A DNA stretch of 64,000 nt from the human T2T-CHM13v2.0 reference genome, Homo sapiens (GCF_009914755.1 NC_060944.1); one strand, 5' to 3'. Shown: positions 14,179-30,939, counted from the stretch's first letter. Translations and numbers: made by a program. Notes: generated from the sequence alone by a model not told the origin.

Positions 14179-14464
14179 GGCCGGGCAGGGTGGCTCACAC
14201 CTATAATCCCAGCACTTTGGGAGGCTGAGGCGGGAGGATCACGAGGTCAGGAGTTTGAGACCAGCCTGGCCAACGTGGTGAAACTCCGTCTCTACTAAAA
14301 ATACAAAAAATTAGCTGGGTGTGGTGGCATGTGCCTGTAATCCCAGCTACTCATGAGGCTGAGGCAGGAGAATTGCATGAACCCGGGAGGCAGAGATTGC
14401 AGTGAGCCAAGATCGCGCCATTGCACTCTGGCTGGGGAGATAGTGTGAGACTCTGTCTCAAAAA

Positions 14465-14484
<20 letters not shown>
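14179..14484 (+). mobile_element. AluS (Sg-like) inserted into a MIR
   Basis: Full dimer, long poly-A, TSD gagatagta; MIR sequence continues on both sides. Confidence 0.93.
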
Positions 14485-14495
<11 letters not shown>

Positions 14496-17400
14496 AGAGA
14501 TAGTAATACCTACCTCACAGGCTGGTTGTGAGGTTCGGACAAGTGACTACCAAGAAATCCTTAAGATGGTTCTTGGTGTACAGACTAGCTCTTACTTTTC
14601 TTTGTTGAGCAAGACTTTGTATCATGAGCTCTTCGAATCCTCAGATACTGTCATCACTCTCATTTTACAGAGGAGGAAACTGAGGCTCGGAGAAGCCAGG
14701 TATCTTGCCCTGGGTCACACAGGGCTAGTTAGTGGCAGAGCCAAGCTCCCATGTCTGTTCAGAGCCGGAGGTCTAACAGCATCCTCTTAAGGAGCCAGCC
14801 AGGTACACCTGCTAGCATTTCTGTGTTAGCAACAGCACAAAATGCTGCTGTTGTCAAGGTTAGGGTGGAGAAAATGGGGAGGGTGCTGCTTCCTGGCTGG
14901 GGTGCACGTGTGGTTTTCCTCTACATAAATATGTGCATATATAATGCATGCAGGCATAATAAATAGGGAAGGCTGCAGGCTTATGCACATACAGGCTTTC
15001 TGGTGTGCCTGTGTGTGAGTGCATGAACATACGAGCAGCTGACTGAATGATGCAGCTGCCGCCCAAGCTGCTCGTGTGTGTGTGTCGGGGTGTAGTTCGG
15101 GAGCCTCTTCCAAAACAAAGCAGCCTGCCTCCTGCTCCACTGTCCCAACCAAGGGATTCCTTTCTGCTCACTCCACCCTATCTGTGACTCTTTTCCCCCA
15201 CTCCCTTTAGGCATATACAGAAAAGCCCACACATGATGCCTGGAAAATTGTATGTGGTTAACACTAGTTGCAGAATGAAAGGGAAAAAATGGGTGTGCAG
15301 ACCACCAAGAAAAATGGTAATGACCATTTCTCGAGGGCCTGCTATATGCTAAGCACTTAATCCTTCTTCCAACCCTGAGAGCACCAGGCACAGAACTTGG
15401 TATGTGGTAGACATTTAATACCTATGAATGAGGCACATACTATTATGATGTCTATTTTAGAGATGGGGAAACCGAGGCTCAGAGGGGGTGCATTGACTTG
15501 CCCAAGACTCCACAACTGAGCTGGGATTTGAACCCAGGTCTCCTCTGATTTCAAAGCCCTTGCAGTTTCTGCTGCACCACACTGTGGAGTGCTGGGTGGA
15601 GAAAGGAAGTGTTCGCTTCCTCTGCTGCAGTGTGGACTAGCTGTTTTTGATGATCAAAGGAGACTCACAATGGGGCTAGGTAGGAACGTGGCTGGGCTGA
15701 TAAATGGCCAGTCTATCTGCAAACCTGCCTAACTGAGAGGTGGGCCCATCTGAGCACTTTCCTGCCTCCTTCTCAAGCCTTCTAAGGCTTCCCACTGCCT
15801 AGAGGATAAAGTCCCACTTCTTCATGTGGCATTCAATGTCCTTCGCAGCCTGTCTCCAAGTGCTCCCTTGTCCCTTGTCGTGAGCTTGTCCAGCTGGTCT
15901 CGCTGCTCCTGAACTTAACCTCCTGGCTCCATGATTCTGTCCCTGCCATCTCTCCTCCCCATCACTCCAACCTGGGGCACACTCTCCCCATTCCAAGCCT
16001 TGTCCTCTTCGTCCCCTTGCAGGGGCCTTTTGGGGCAAACCTCTGTCACTCCCCTTCCTGGTGCATAAACTACTCACCCCTCCCTGGAGCTCCTCAAGCC
16101 CCTGCCTCAGCCCAAGCCCACTTGGACCTGGACCTGTCACTGGATTCGTTCACACGGGCCAAGCTTTCCCACTGGCCCATGTCTGAGGCCATCATCTCTG
16201 TGGCCAGTGCACAGGGGAGGACGCTGCACCAGTTTAGGAACTGCACTAACCACAAGGAGAGTAAGAAGCAGGAGTGAAATGGCCAAAGGCTGGATTCAGG
16301 AAGTGGTGAGTCATGGGTCAAACCCCGGTGCTTCCCCTTTTGAGCTGGGTGGCTTTGGGAAGTCATTTCCCCTCTCTGACTCTCAGTTTCTTCGTCTGTC
16401 AAATGAGTACAATACCCTCTGAAGGGTAAATGTAGTAACATGAGGCACCTTCTACTATCTCCAGTGCAGATGCTAAGAAAAAATCTCTCTGTACTGTCTG
16501 CTTTCCTATAATTTCCAGGCACTCACTGTGCCCTGCAAACCATGCTAGGCAAAGTCTCCCAGGATGCCACCTCATGTCTTCATTTCCAGGGACACGCCAA
16601 GCTTGTTCCTGCCTCAGGGCCATTCTGCTTGCTGTTCCCTCTACCTGGAATGCTTTTCCTCACATTTTTGCATGGATGGCTCCCCATCATTCTGATCTCA
16701 GCTCATGTGTCACATCCCTGACCACTCAATTCAAAGTGGCCCTCTGTGGCCCCAATCCCTCCTTATCCTATCACTCTATTTTCTTCATAGTGCTTTCAGC
16801 AGTTATTCCATTTAACCATTTGCTGTCTGTCTCTCTGCAGGAGAAGGCAAACTCCACGTGGGCAGGGATCCTGTTTTATCATCTCTGCTTCCTCACTGCA
16901 CAGAACAGTGCCGGGCACAACTCAATGCGGAGTTGCTGCCTAAGCCTGTGACCCTGAGAACGCAGGTGCTGCCAGAATGGAACCCTTAGAGCGAGCTGGA
17001 CTCTGGCAGCACACATGGCCTGTGAGGACCCCTTCTCTGTCTCCCACAGACCCTCAATGGCCTCCCATTTCCATTTTTGTACCCCACAGTCTGGGAGCTC
17101 CACCCCAGTTCTGTCCTTGGCTGAGTCATCTTGGTGTCCCCAGGCCTGGCTCAGGGCCTGGCATGGAGGAGGAGCTGGGTAAATGTTTGTGGTGTTAAAT
17201 TGGACCAGTCTCCAGCTCCTCACTGCCTCCACATCTGAGGAGCCCCAGGGAAGGGGCCGGCAAAGAGAGATGAAAGAAGGTGAGAAGCAGGTTTCAAAGT
17301 TGGCCCTTTCAGTGCAGATAAAAGCAGGAGGGAAGGGAGCCAAAGCGGGGAGGAGGAAGAGGACTGAGAGGGGGTGTGGAGAGTGGAATTGGAGAGGAGG

Positions 17401-18008
17401 GGAGCTGGCAGATGGGAGGACTGACCTGGGGCCAAGGACTCGCCTCCCGCTCCGTGTTCTTACCTCCCTGGGAGAGCCTGCAGAATCCTCCTCCCCTCCC
17501 TGGGCCTCAACTCCCAGACAAACAGAGGTGACAGTGCCCTTCCTGGAGAGGTCTGGGCCCAGGCCAGAGGCCAAGGGGGTTGTTCAGAGACTATGCCACC
17601 AGCCCGGGTGGAAGGGAGTGGAGGAGTTCAGAGGCAGTGACAGGATGGCATTGGCAGCGAGTGTAGTGAAAGTAGCGTGGGCATTCTCGGCTTCAGGACA
17701 GAGTCTGAGCTCCTCAGCCTGCCTCTGAGGCCCTGTTAGACTTCACTTTTGTGCCTCATCTTTCCCGGCCCCCTGTAGCGATCACAGTCTGCTCTTCTTC
17801 AGGCACACCAACCACTCCTCTGCCTGTATACCTCTGCACAAGCTGTTCGTCTGTCTGGAATGTGCCTCTCCTGATATTTACACCATACCCAGATACCTAG
17901 GTCAGGTCAATTCCTGCCTCCTTCAGAAGTCTTCCCAGACTCCTGGGGCTATCTCCCAGTCTGAGAATCCATGAACAGTTAAGCAGGATAGCATCTGTGT
18001 GTCTCACT

Positions 18009-18120
18009 TAGGGCTGCCATGTAAGGTTGAACAGGCTGTGCACTGCACAATCCTGATAGAGCCATTCAGACAGACAATGACGGAACGTTGCCCTCTGGAG
18101 TTGCACAATGCAGAGGTCCT
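18009..18120. mobile_element. MER91-like palindromic element
   Basis: gtgcactgcacaa...gccctctggagttgcacaa. Confidence 0.5.
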
Positions 18121-18629
18121 CAAATAAACTTTCCCTCCCCCTCTCCTCAATGCCCAGCACAGGGCTAGGCTCATAGTCAGCTCAGGGGTTACTCATTGAA
18201 TAGGTACAGGGGTTTTGGGAATGAATCAGGGAGCCCCAGTGCCTCCTTCCCATCCCTCTAACACTGGCCATCCCCCCAGCCCCTAACCTCCTCCTCTGGA
18301 TCAGTTTCTTCTACAGCCTTTCTTCCCTCTTCTATCTGAACATCTTCCAGCCTAGGCTACTGTCAGAGACTCCCCAATACTTACAGCTCCCAGACCCTTC
18401 CAGGGACCCCAGCTGCCCCATCCCTGCTCTGCCTCTGGCTTGCCTGTGTCTGTGTCTATTTCTTCCCTTTTCTGGTTTCCTCTCCAAGGTGCCCTTCTGT
18501 TTCCACATTGCCAGGTCAGTCCCTCCTGTCCTCTTTTTATGGGCTTTTCTTTCTCTCCAGTCTCTTCCTCTCATTGTTGGTCTCTCTACATCTCTGTGAG
18601 TCTGTTTTTCTGCCTCTTTTTTCAGTCTT

Positions 18630-19960
<1,331 letters not shown>

Positions 19961-20069
19961 AACACCAAGGGAGATGATGAGAGGGAAGGGGGTGCAGGGA
20001 GAAGACTGGGGGAGTCCTGGGCACAGGGATGGCCCAGTCGAGAGATCAGGGAGCCAGTGTGGCTGCAGC

Positions 20070-20650
20070 CAGCAGCGCGGAGACCCCGCCAGTGCAGTGC
20101 CCGCCTCTGTGTCTGTCCCTCCTGGTTCTCTCCCTTATTGGCCTGGCTCGCCTGCCTGTCTCATTGACTGTTCTCACATCTGCTTCCTTGGCTCTTTGGC
20201 TCCGTGCCTGTTTCTCTCCACCCGTGCGCCTCTCTCCGCGCCTCCCTCCCCCACGCAGCCCCTTCCTTCGGCCCTGCCCGCCCCAGCCCTCCTCCCCTCT
20301 GCCCGCAGTCTGTCCGCGGGGGTGATGGCGGGATAGCAGGCAGCAGGCGTCGGCCCCGGGCGGGGGTCTCACCGGACGGGCCGGTTGGCGGCGTCGGGGT
20401 CCCGCGCCGTCACCACGCCGACCAGGGAGCCCACCTGCGCGTCCTCCTGCACCTCCAGGAGGCCGGAGGGCGGCCGGAACTCGGGGGGCTCGTCCACGTC
20501 GGTCACGGCCACGCGCACGATCGCCTGGTCGCGGAACGTGCCCAGGTCGGCGAAGCGGGGGTCCACGAACTTGTTGAGGGCCTCCAGGATCACGGTGTGC
20601 ACGGGCTGGGATTCGAAGTCCAGGCGCTGCGGGAGGGAGCAGAGGGCCGG
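20070..20650. promoter_or_regulatory. CpG island over exon 7 and its downstream intron
   Basis: Dense CpG across the exon and about 300 nt of intron. Confidence 0.7.
20373..20626 (-). CDS. CDH22: CDH22 exon 7 (end of EC3, start of EC4)
   Basis: acceptor ctcccgcag|CGC; 254 nt; RLDFESQPVH...DVDEPPEF...ARDPDAANRPV; donor CG|gtgaga. Confidence 0.96.
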
Positions 20651-23060
20651 TTAGTGGGTGGGGTCTGGTGGACACTGAGGCCTTCACGAGGGAGGCCAAG
20701 GCAGGCGGGGTTGGCCCAAGGTCACACGTTGTCTCAGCAGGGGCGGCAGGGATGTTTGGGCTGCATTGCAGAACTGACCCAGACCAACCCGGTGGGTTAC
20801 GGGTGGAGAAACTGAGGATCCTCGAGGACAGTCTTGCCTAAGGACACAGCCACTCCAGGCTAACGCGCTGAGCACCCAAACTTCCTGCTTCCCAGCGCAG
20901 TGTTGGCGGCATATTTCATTAGTTTAGTTCACGAACACAAAGCACCTACTGTGTGCCAGTGCTTTAAGTATATTAACTCAACTTGACATCAACCCTAAGA
21001 GGCTTGTATTCTTATGATCTGATCTTACACATGAGGAAAACGAGGCCCAGAAAGGCTCAGTAACTTGCCCAAGTCACCGGGCAGTGAGTGAGTCCCTAGC
21101 AGAGCCAGGATTCCCTGGTATGCAGGAGTTAGCAACTAATGTGAGTTGAGCCCGATAAGCCGGGCTGCCTTAGAGCTTTCCTCTGAGATCTGGCTAAATC
21201 CATGCTGAGCCTGTGCTTCTTATCGGGGGGTGCTAATGGGTGACCCTCTGATGAATGAGCTCCATGGCTGTGTGTTAGCTCTGACCGTCTAAAGACACTG
21301 CCTATAGCAACGAAAAAGCCATGTCGTGGAGCTGCAGGGACCTCAGCTACATGGTGGGGGAGCGATCTGATTGGCAAGAGTGACCTTCCAGGAGACTCAC
21401 AGGCAGGTGCCTACCCTGTGTATGGGGTCCCCCCATTGCTCTCAGAATCCCCCACCCCCGACTTCTCCAGCAGCAAAAACAGCCGTGTCCTGCCTCCAGC
21501 CTGTTGCCTGGGAAATCAGGATGCAGGGAGGCAGGCGGTGGCCTGGCCTAGGAGTGAGTGGTGGACTCTGGAGCCAGGCCATCAGTCTGCTCCCTGAGCC
21601 ATCACCGACTCTGCAGAGACACCCTAGGCGCCACTGCTGGAGTGGGCGGCAGGAGGGGGCCTGAGAGCTGGGGGTGGGGGAGATTAAGCAGCCCAGGGGA
21701 TGAGAGCAAATGCTGTGCTGGAGTCCCCGGGCTGAGTTTGAAGCCTGATTCTGCTGCTCTGTGAAGCTGGGTTTCTCTGGGCCTCCAATTCTCCATCTGT
21801 AAAATGGGCTCATCTAACAGTTAAGGATGAACGGAGATCAAAAGACTGAAAATCACTAGTGCTTAAAAAAGGGAGATTCTAGAGCTGGACCCCCTGAGCC
21901 CGTATCCCTACTGAACGATACTAGATGCATGGCCTTGGGAAAGTTACCGAACTTCTTGGGGCCTCAGTTTCTCATCTATAAAATGAACGATTACAGCATC
22001 TCAGAGGGTTGATGAAGGGATCAAATGAGTTAATACGCAGAAAGTAGTTGAAGGGTGCCTGGCATGTGGCAAGCACTTTATCACAAGTAGTAGCTATTAT
22101 ATTATTATCCTCTGGAAAGGAGCTGAAGGAACTGGGCATTTTGTCTATCCTCAAGCCCTCAATGCCAGGTAAAGAGCGGGTCATTATGTGCTTGCTGAGC
22201 AAAAGAAGGACTGTTGAGGGCAGATGTTGGAAGGCAGAGCTCAGGCTGATAGGCACAGATTTAAGGAGACAGATGCCGGCTGAATGGGAGGAAGAAGAGC
22301 TGGACAGTGGCAGAAAGTGAGCATTCTGTCGCTGGAGATATACAAACAAAGGCCTATGACCACTTGTGGGCCAGTGCAGGGGACTTAGACCTCCCATGGG
22401 AGAGTGGGGTCGGAGTGGGTGGTCTTAATGGCCTTTGCAGCCCTGAGTTGCCAAGCCCCTGACCAAATCCTGGAAGATGGATTTTTGCCTCTTTATTTGA
22501 CCTCCCTAGGGATCGCTGAGTTTGCAGTTTGAGTTTCTGGTTCCTGGGCCAGCCAGTGGGCAAGGAAGGCTGTTAGACTCAGGAAGGAAAGAGCTTTGGA
22601 GTCACCAGACCTGGGTTCAAATCTCTACCATGTGCCTTACAGGTGTGACCTTGGGTAAGCCCCTTTACCTCTCTCAGCATCTATTTTCTCAGTTATAAAA
22701 ATGAGGATAGTAACCTCAGCTTCAGAGGGAAATATGAGGATTAAAGGCAATGAGGAGTGTGAAGAGGCTGGCAAGGATGTGAAGCGCACGTCAGAGTGTT
22801 TGAGGGTGTGGATTCCCATCTGGATTGAACCCTGGCTCTGAGAACCAGCTGTGCAACCTCAGACAGGTCACTTCACCTCTCTATGCCTGGTTTGCAAAAG
22901 GGGAATGATACCATCAGTGTTTTTCCAGGTTGGTCCTGGACCTCTAGAGAGAACTAATCCATTGAGTGGAGTGAGGTGGGGGTATTCGGCTGCCCAGAGG
23001 CCTCCCTGATCCTCCCACCCCTGAGGCCTGCCTCCCCCATTCCTCCTGAGGCAGCTGCAC

Positions 23061-23254
23061 CTTCTGCACTACGATGATGGCCTCCTGAGTGTCGCTGTCT
23101 GTGGTGACCTTGAACACATCGCCGCCGCTGCTGCTCTCGTCCTTAAGGTGGTAAGTCATGTCTGTGTTCTCTCCCACGTCTGAGTCCTCAGCCTTCACAC
23201 GTCCCACAGCCGTTCCAATGGGGGCTGACTCCTGGATGCTGAACTGGTACATCT
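23061..23254 (-). CDS. CDH22: CDH22 exon 6 (EC3)
   Basis: acceptor ccccacag|AGATG; 194 nt; KMYQFSIQESAPIG...EAIIVVQK; donor AAG|gtgcag. Confidence 0.95.
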
Positions 23255-23814
23255 CTGTGGGGGACACGGCCATGAGCAGGGATGAAGGCAGCCCCTTCCC
23301 CAGCCTCTGCCAGCAGTGGGGGAGGGGACAAGGGGGCCCAGGTGAGCCTCTATGGAGGACAGTGCCTGAAAGGGGCTCTCAGCTTGGCCAGAATGGGGGC
23401 TGGGAGAGGAATGTCCCCTGCAGAAGTTTGGGTGGCAGTGCAAAAGGAGGGTTTAAATTCTGACCTTTGGGTTTATTCACTGGTTGATTTGGTAAAATGC
23501 CTGCAGTTCTTTGGGCCTCAGTTTCCCTACCTAGCCAGTGACAGGGACAGAGGAGCACAGTGATAAAGGCTAAGACTCCGGAGTCAGTCCTAGCTGTGTA
23601 ACCCTGAGCCTCAGTTTCCTCCTCTGTAAAATGGAAATAAATAACGATGGTGCCTTCCTAACAGCTGTGTGTTTATGGCAACTAACTTAGATGATGACGC
23701 CTGTAACATGCTTAGTACAGTGCCTGGCACTTGGTAGCTACTCAAGAAATAGAATAAATTGTGTTAAAATGGTGGGGCTTCATAGTGATTTTGCTGTTGA
23801 TGTTAACGGTAGTT

Positions 23815-24300
23815 ATTCCTTCATTTCAATGTATACATTGAGCACCTATGATGCCCCCAGACATCATGCGGTTCTAGACACTGCGGTTACAGCAACAAAT
23901 AAAATGGACCAAAATCTCAGCTCTCATGTTGCTTTCCTCTTAATAGAAAGGGAAAGACACTAAACAATCACATCAGTGAAACATATGGTATGTCCAATGG
24001 TGATAGGTACTTAGGAGAGAGATAAAGCAGGGAAGGTGTGGGAGTGCTGATGAGGGTGTTGCGCAGTTTTAAATAGGCTGATCTAGAAAGGCCTTGCAGA
24101 GAAGATGACATTTCTGCAAAAGTCAGAAGGTGGGGAGGGAGCGAGCCAAGCAGATATTTGGGAAAGAGTATTCTAGACAGAGGGAGCAGCAGGTGCAAAG
24201 GCCCTGAGGTGGGTGCTGTGCCTGGCATGTTGGAAGAATGGCAAGATGGCTGTGTGGCTGGAGGGGAGGAGCAGAGGGGAAACCAGAAGGAATGAGATCA
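23815..24300 (-). mobile_element. L2 fragment
   Basis: ttgagcacctatg...gtgcaaaggccctgaggtggg. Confidence 0.65.
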
Positions 24301-25049
24301 GATGGGATGGAGGCTGCAGCTTGCTCTCCAACCAGAGCTGAGGTCGAGGTGAGGATGACTTGCTAAGTGATGGGCCAGCCTAGCTGAAGCAGGGTCTGTG
24401 GGGATGTGTCTCTTGGGGGCTCCACAGGTCTTGGTAACCCTTGCGTGGAGTGGCTGCCTCTGATTCATCCTCATACAGCAGCCGGGGTGGGGCACTTTCT
24501 GAAACACGAGATGAACATGCCACTCCCCTGCTTTAATCCCTTTTATAGCTCCCCATTGCCCTTGGGATGGAGTTGTGCAAGTCCCTTGGCCTGCCCTACA
24601 AAACACTGCCTGGCCCCTTCTGGCTTCTCCAGCCTCATCCTCCAATCCCCACTCCATCTCTAGCTTCAGCCTTGCTGAAGTTCTTGTGATTCTGCAACTG
24701 ACTCACTCTCTCTCACCTCCAGGCATCCCCTCTCCCTGTCCTCCTCTCTGCCTTTGCCTTCCCAATTCCCGCTCTGCCTTCTAGTCTCACTGAATGTTAC
24801 CTCCTCCAGGGAACCTTCCCAGACCTCCAGGCTCTGCTCCTGTGCTCCCTTGGCCCCCAAGCTTATCCCATTGTTAGAATTACTGCGTTTTTACTCTCAT
24901 TTTCTGTTTATTCTCTCTCTTGGGTATGAGCTGCTGGAAGAAAGGGACCACATCTCTTATTCATCAGGCATTCCCAGTGCCTGGCAGAATGCCAGGCTGT
25001 CGCATAAATGAAATGTGTGAGGGACTAGTGAGTGTATGAATGAAAACCA

Positions 25050-25720
25050 GCATGAGTTACCAGTAGACACTCACCAGATTAACACAAATCAAAGAACGTG
25101 ACAGTACCAGGAGTCAGTGAGGATGTGGTACAATGGACATGTGCGTTTCCTCATGGGGGAAAACAGTTTGGCTTTATTTGGTAAAGCTAAAGATGAGTAC
25201 ATCCCATGACCCAGCAATTTCACTCCTCTGTATCCATAGAGAACAAGTGCAAATGGGCACCTGGAGACCTGGGGCAATAAGGTTCAAAGCAGTCTCCTTC
25301 CCAATGGCCCCAAACTGGAAATAATGCCAGTGTCCACCACCCCCAGAATAGATAATTATGGAATACTATACAGCAAAGAAAATGAATAAATTACAGCTAC
25401 CAGCAACATAAGTTCATAAACACAATTTTGAGAGGTAAAAAGCAAGACAAAAACAATTTGTATTGTATGATTCATCCCATTTATATAAGGTTCAAAAATG
25501 GATGAAATTAGACTTGTGACTGGTGATGCCTGCGTAGATGAACAGACTCAAAAGATGACCATCACAAAAGCAGGTAGTGGCTAACTGGAGGGAGGAGTTG
25601 GGGAAGAGGCTATGATCAGGAAAGGGCATATTAGGGCTTCTGGGGTCCTGGCTGGTGGTCATAGGATTGTTTGCTTTATAATTATTTGTTGAACTGTTGT
25701 TTTTGTGTGCCATAGTTCAT
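25050..25720 (+). mobile_element. Old L1M(E) 3' fragment
   Basis: gacccagcaatttcactcct...aaactggaaa...atggaatactatacagcaa. Confidence 0.7.
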
Positions 25721-26891
25721 GATAAGAAAGACGGAAAGAAAAAGAAAGGAAGGAGGAAAGGAATGACGAGCAGGAAAGCAAACCTTCTGGGGGCCCTGGC
25801 CTCCTCTCTGCTCTGCCCCACCCCTTCCAGTTCAGAGCTCATTCAGAGCCTGGCACAAGTGGGCAGAAGACTGGGTGGGGGTGCGTCCCACCCATGCCAC
25901 CTGTCTGCATGGGGCTGCCTTCAGGGGCTGGGGCTGGGCTGGGAGATTGGGCAGTGGGATGGCTTCTGTGCCAGGCTCCCTGGCACCGGGAAGCCGGTTG
26001 GTGAGCTCAGCTCACTCCGCTCTGTGTCTGAGCTGAGGCTGTAGGCCACAATGATGCTGCGCTCTCAGCTAAGGGATTGGATTCCCTTATCTCTCGGGGG
26101 TCAGTCCCCTGTGGCGGGGCCTAATGTGAGAGCAGCAGACCTCAAGTAATGACTCACCCGATAGGAATCAGCCCAGCTCCTGCGGCATTTAGTCCCTGCC
26201 AGCTTTGGTGGCTTCCCTGTAGTGGCTCTCGGCCTGAGCCTGGGACAGAGGGGTTGGCTGGGCTGATAGGGAGCTGGGAGGCTGGGCCGGAGACATCCCC
26301 CAACCCCCGCTGTGCCAGCAGAGGCAGAGGGTGGAAAGGCCTCCTAATTCAGAAGCACAGAGTCGCGCTACCCAGGCTCAGAGGAGGAGGGAAATGCCTG
26401 TCACTCAGACTTAGTTTTTCTCTGCACAACCTCTATCTGTCTGGGGGCTGAGCTGCCTCTGCCTAGATCCCTGGGTGCCCCCTTTCTCCCCAGTACCTTC
26501 CCTCTGCAAGCCTAGGTCAGCGGCATGGGATGGCCCAACAAGTGGCTAGGGGAGTGGGCAGGGGCCAGTGAGGGGTTGGAGGATGGACGGAAGGGTGGAT
26601 GGGTGGGGCTCCCCCTCTGCCGGAAGCAAGAGGAGGTCTGGGAAGGTGATGGTGTGTTACTTGGCTCTGTGGAGCATCGGACAGCCCTGGGGTCTTCCTT
26701 GGTAGGAAGCATGGTTGGAGGGGGGCTGGGGGATAGCTGGTGGCTTGGGAGGACAGACAGACAGACAGAAAGAGAGGGGGAAGCCCTTCTTTTGGTGGGA
26801 AGTCTAAAGGGAAGCTGGGGTCAGCAGGTGGCTTGGATGGGGTAACAGACAGACACACAGACGCGCCTTCCTCTGGGAAGGCCTCACTCAC

Positions 26892-27059
26892 TCTGCGGGA
26901 AACGGGGCGGGTTGTCATTGACGTCGGTGACTACGATGGTGACGGTAGTGGAGCCCGAGAGGCCACCCAGCTGACCCGCCATGTCTGTGGCCTGGATCAC
27001 CACCTCGTAGCGCTCCTGGCTCTCGCGGTCAAGGTCAGGCACAGCCGTCCGGATTACGC
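26892..27059 (-). CDS. CDH22: CDH22 exon 5 (EC2, second half)
   Basis: acceptor ctcacccacag|GCG; 168 nt; [13 protein letters not shown]...[11 protein letters not shown]; donor A|gtgagt. Confidence 0.96.
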
Positions 27060-27234
27060 CTGTGGGTGAGTGAGGGTGAGGCCAGGGCACCCCACACCAC
27101 CTGCCCACTGATGTGGAGACCCCTGTACAGGCGGGATTCAGACCCTGTGACTCCTGGGAAAATTAAGCTCAGGAGGAGAGTGGGCCACACAAGGACATCC
27201 ACGTGTCCACCATGTGGGACAGGGCTCAGTGTAC

Positions 27235-28640
<1,406 letters not shown>

Positions 28641-29496
28641 CACTCATAGCTACCACCTCACATTCTTATTCACACCCCCTCCCACAACCAAATTATCCCC
28701 CAGCCTTAGAGGTGCACCCCAACCCTCTCCAGGCCCTAGATCCTCTATCCAGGCACCAGCTAATCACGGAGCAGACAGTCCTCCAAGCTGTTATTGGAAG
28801 CAGGGAGGGCAGCAGGCATGGGGGTGACCGCAAGATTAATTCTGCTGTGGGGAAGACTGGGCTTCTTGTCTCCCTGCCAGTAGAAGAGACAAGGGTAGGG
28901 CGGGGGAGTCGATGAGGCATTCAGAGCCTCTCCCACCACCCACTCCAACCTGCCGAGCACCAGGTGGTGACAGGTGGTGCCCGGGGCCTGTGCGCCAGGT
29001 GGAGTCATGCACCAGCAGCCCCATGCTGCGCCCCATAAAACCCAAGCTCTGACACCTGATGTCCCCCAACAGTCCCCAGACTCCCATACAGGCAACAGAA
29101 TGGAAGGAGAGGCTGTAGGGCATGTGTGTATGTGTGGTGTTTGTGTGTGTATTTCTGTGTGTACCTGTGGTAGGTAGCCAGAGGTGGGGCACCTAAGGGG
29201 TGGTCCTGCTTTCGTGGGATCACATGCAGATATGGAATGGGTATTCTGCCTAATCAAGGGTCACACAAACCATCTATCAGTGGCCTTCTCAACGCCTCAG
29301 TAGGCCCCCTCCTGACCCCTTCTCTACCACCACTGGTCTTCCCAGGAACAGGGGAGTCTTGGCAGTGGATTGCCTTGGGATAGATTCCAGATCTGCCATT
29401 TCTTTGGTCATGTGATTTTGAGCTAATCCCTTCACCTCTTTGAACCTCAGTTTCCTTATCTGTAAAATGGGACAACCACCATACTGACTTAAATGA

Positions 29497-29709
29497 CAGG
29501 ATTTCTCAAACTTGGCACTGTAGTCAGTCATTTTGGGCAGGATAATTCTCTGTAGTGTGTGTGTGTGTGACCTGTATGTTGTAGGATATTTAGTAGCATC
29601 CTTGGCCTCCCGGCACTAAATGCCAGCAGCACTAACCGTCGCCTTAGTTCCAAAACTGTCTCCAGACATTGTCAAATGGACCCTGGGGCAAGATTGGTTG
29701 AGAACCACT
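29497..29709 (-). mobile_element. MER20 (hAT-Charlie)
   Basis: tgtctccagacattgtcaaatg...ttgagaaccact resembles the MER20 consensus. Confidence 0.75.
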
Positions 29710-30029
29710 CGTATAGGATTTCATCTCATGAGAATTACATGTAATAAAAACAACTAATGTTTATGTGCATTTGCTCTGTGTCCGGCATTATTCTAATCAC
29801 CTTAGGTGAATTGCCTCATTTAATCCTCTCAATATTCATATGTGGAAGGTCCTGTGATTATACCTGTTTTATAGATGAGGAGACAGAGGCACGGAGAGGC
29901 TAAGTACCTTGTTGAAGGTCACACGTGTAGAAAGTGCATAGCCAGGACGCTGAGGCTTTGCAGCCCTGGACAGCAGGGGCTGTACAGGGAAGGTGGGGTG
30001 TGTCATATTCTCCACCCTGGGGGGTTGGA

Positions 30030-30460
30030 AAGAGAGAATGGAAGGCAGACAGAGGGGAGGAAGAGAGCGAAGGTGATGGACAGGGAAGAGGAGAGAAAGA
30101 AGAAAAGGAGTCCCAGGGAAAGAGAGACAGGGAGAAACCTAGTGAGAGACAGGAGGAAAGAGACAGAGAGGAAGGGAAGAAAGGAAGGTAGGGGAGGGGA
30201 AGGGAGGGGAACAGACAGAGAGGGAGACTGAAAGGGACAGAAAAACAGAGAAGGGAAGATTGCGGGGGGAGGTAGATAAACCAGAGAGAAAGCCAGAGAT
30301 ACCCAGAAAGAGACAGTAAGAGAGAAACAGAGACCTAGAGAGAAACAAAGAGGAAGAGAAAGAAAGGAGGGAAGAAAAATGGGCAAAGAACAACTGAGAG
30401 AGCGGGAACAGACATACAGAAAACAGAGAGGGAGACGCAGGAAGGGTGAAGAAAGATGGT
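30030..30460 (+). repeat. GA-rich purine tract
   Basis: Almost pure A/G. Confidence 0.85.
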
Positions 30461-30939
30461 GGGGGGTGGGGAGGGGAGGGCAGGTAGGCTTACAGTGCAG
30501 CAGCCACCAGGCCAGGGAGCAGGGGATCCCAGGTGGAAAGGTGGAGAGGGAGTGACTTTAGCCGAGCACTTGCTGTGTGCTAAGCTTTGTGCTGGTCACT
30601 TGCCATCCAGGACCTCAGTGAATGTACAGGATTCGTGGTAGGATGTGGAGTCACTGTGTATCTATGGGCTTGGGCACCAAAGGCTCAGTGTCCCAGCTCT
30701 GAGTGGGGGCTGGAGCAGGGGCCTGGCTCCACCTCTGTGAGTGAGAGAGGCTCCACGTGGCTGCCTTCTTTGCTGTCCCTGTCACTTCCAGCTCCTGAGG
30801 AACTGGGGACACGACACTCTTCTCACTTGGAAACTGGTCCTGAAGCCTTGTGGTGTGTAGGATTCAGGTGCCATCTCTGGGTGTGTGTGAGTTGGGCCCC
30901 CTGGGCCTTGTTCTCGGGATCCAGGGAACAGGGTAGGTT

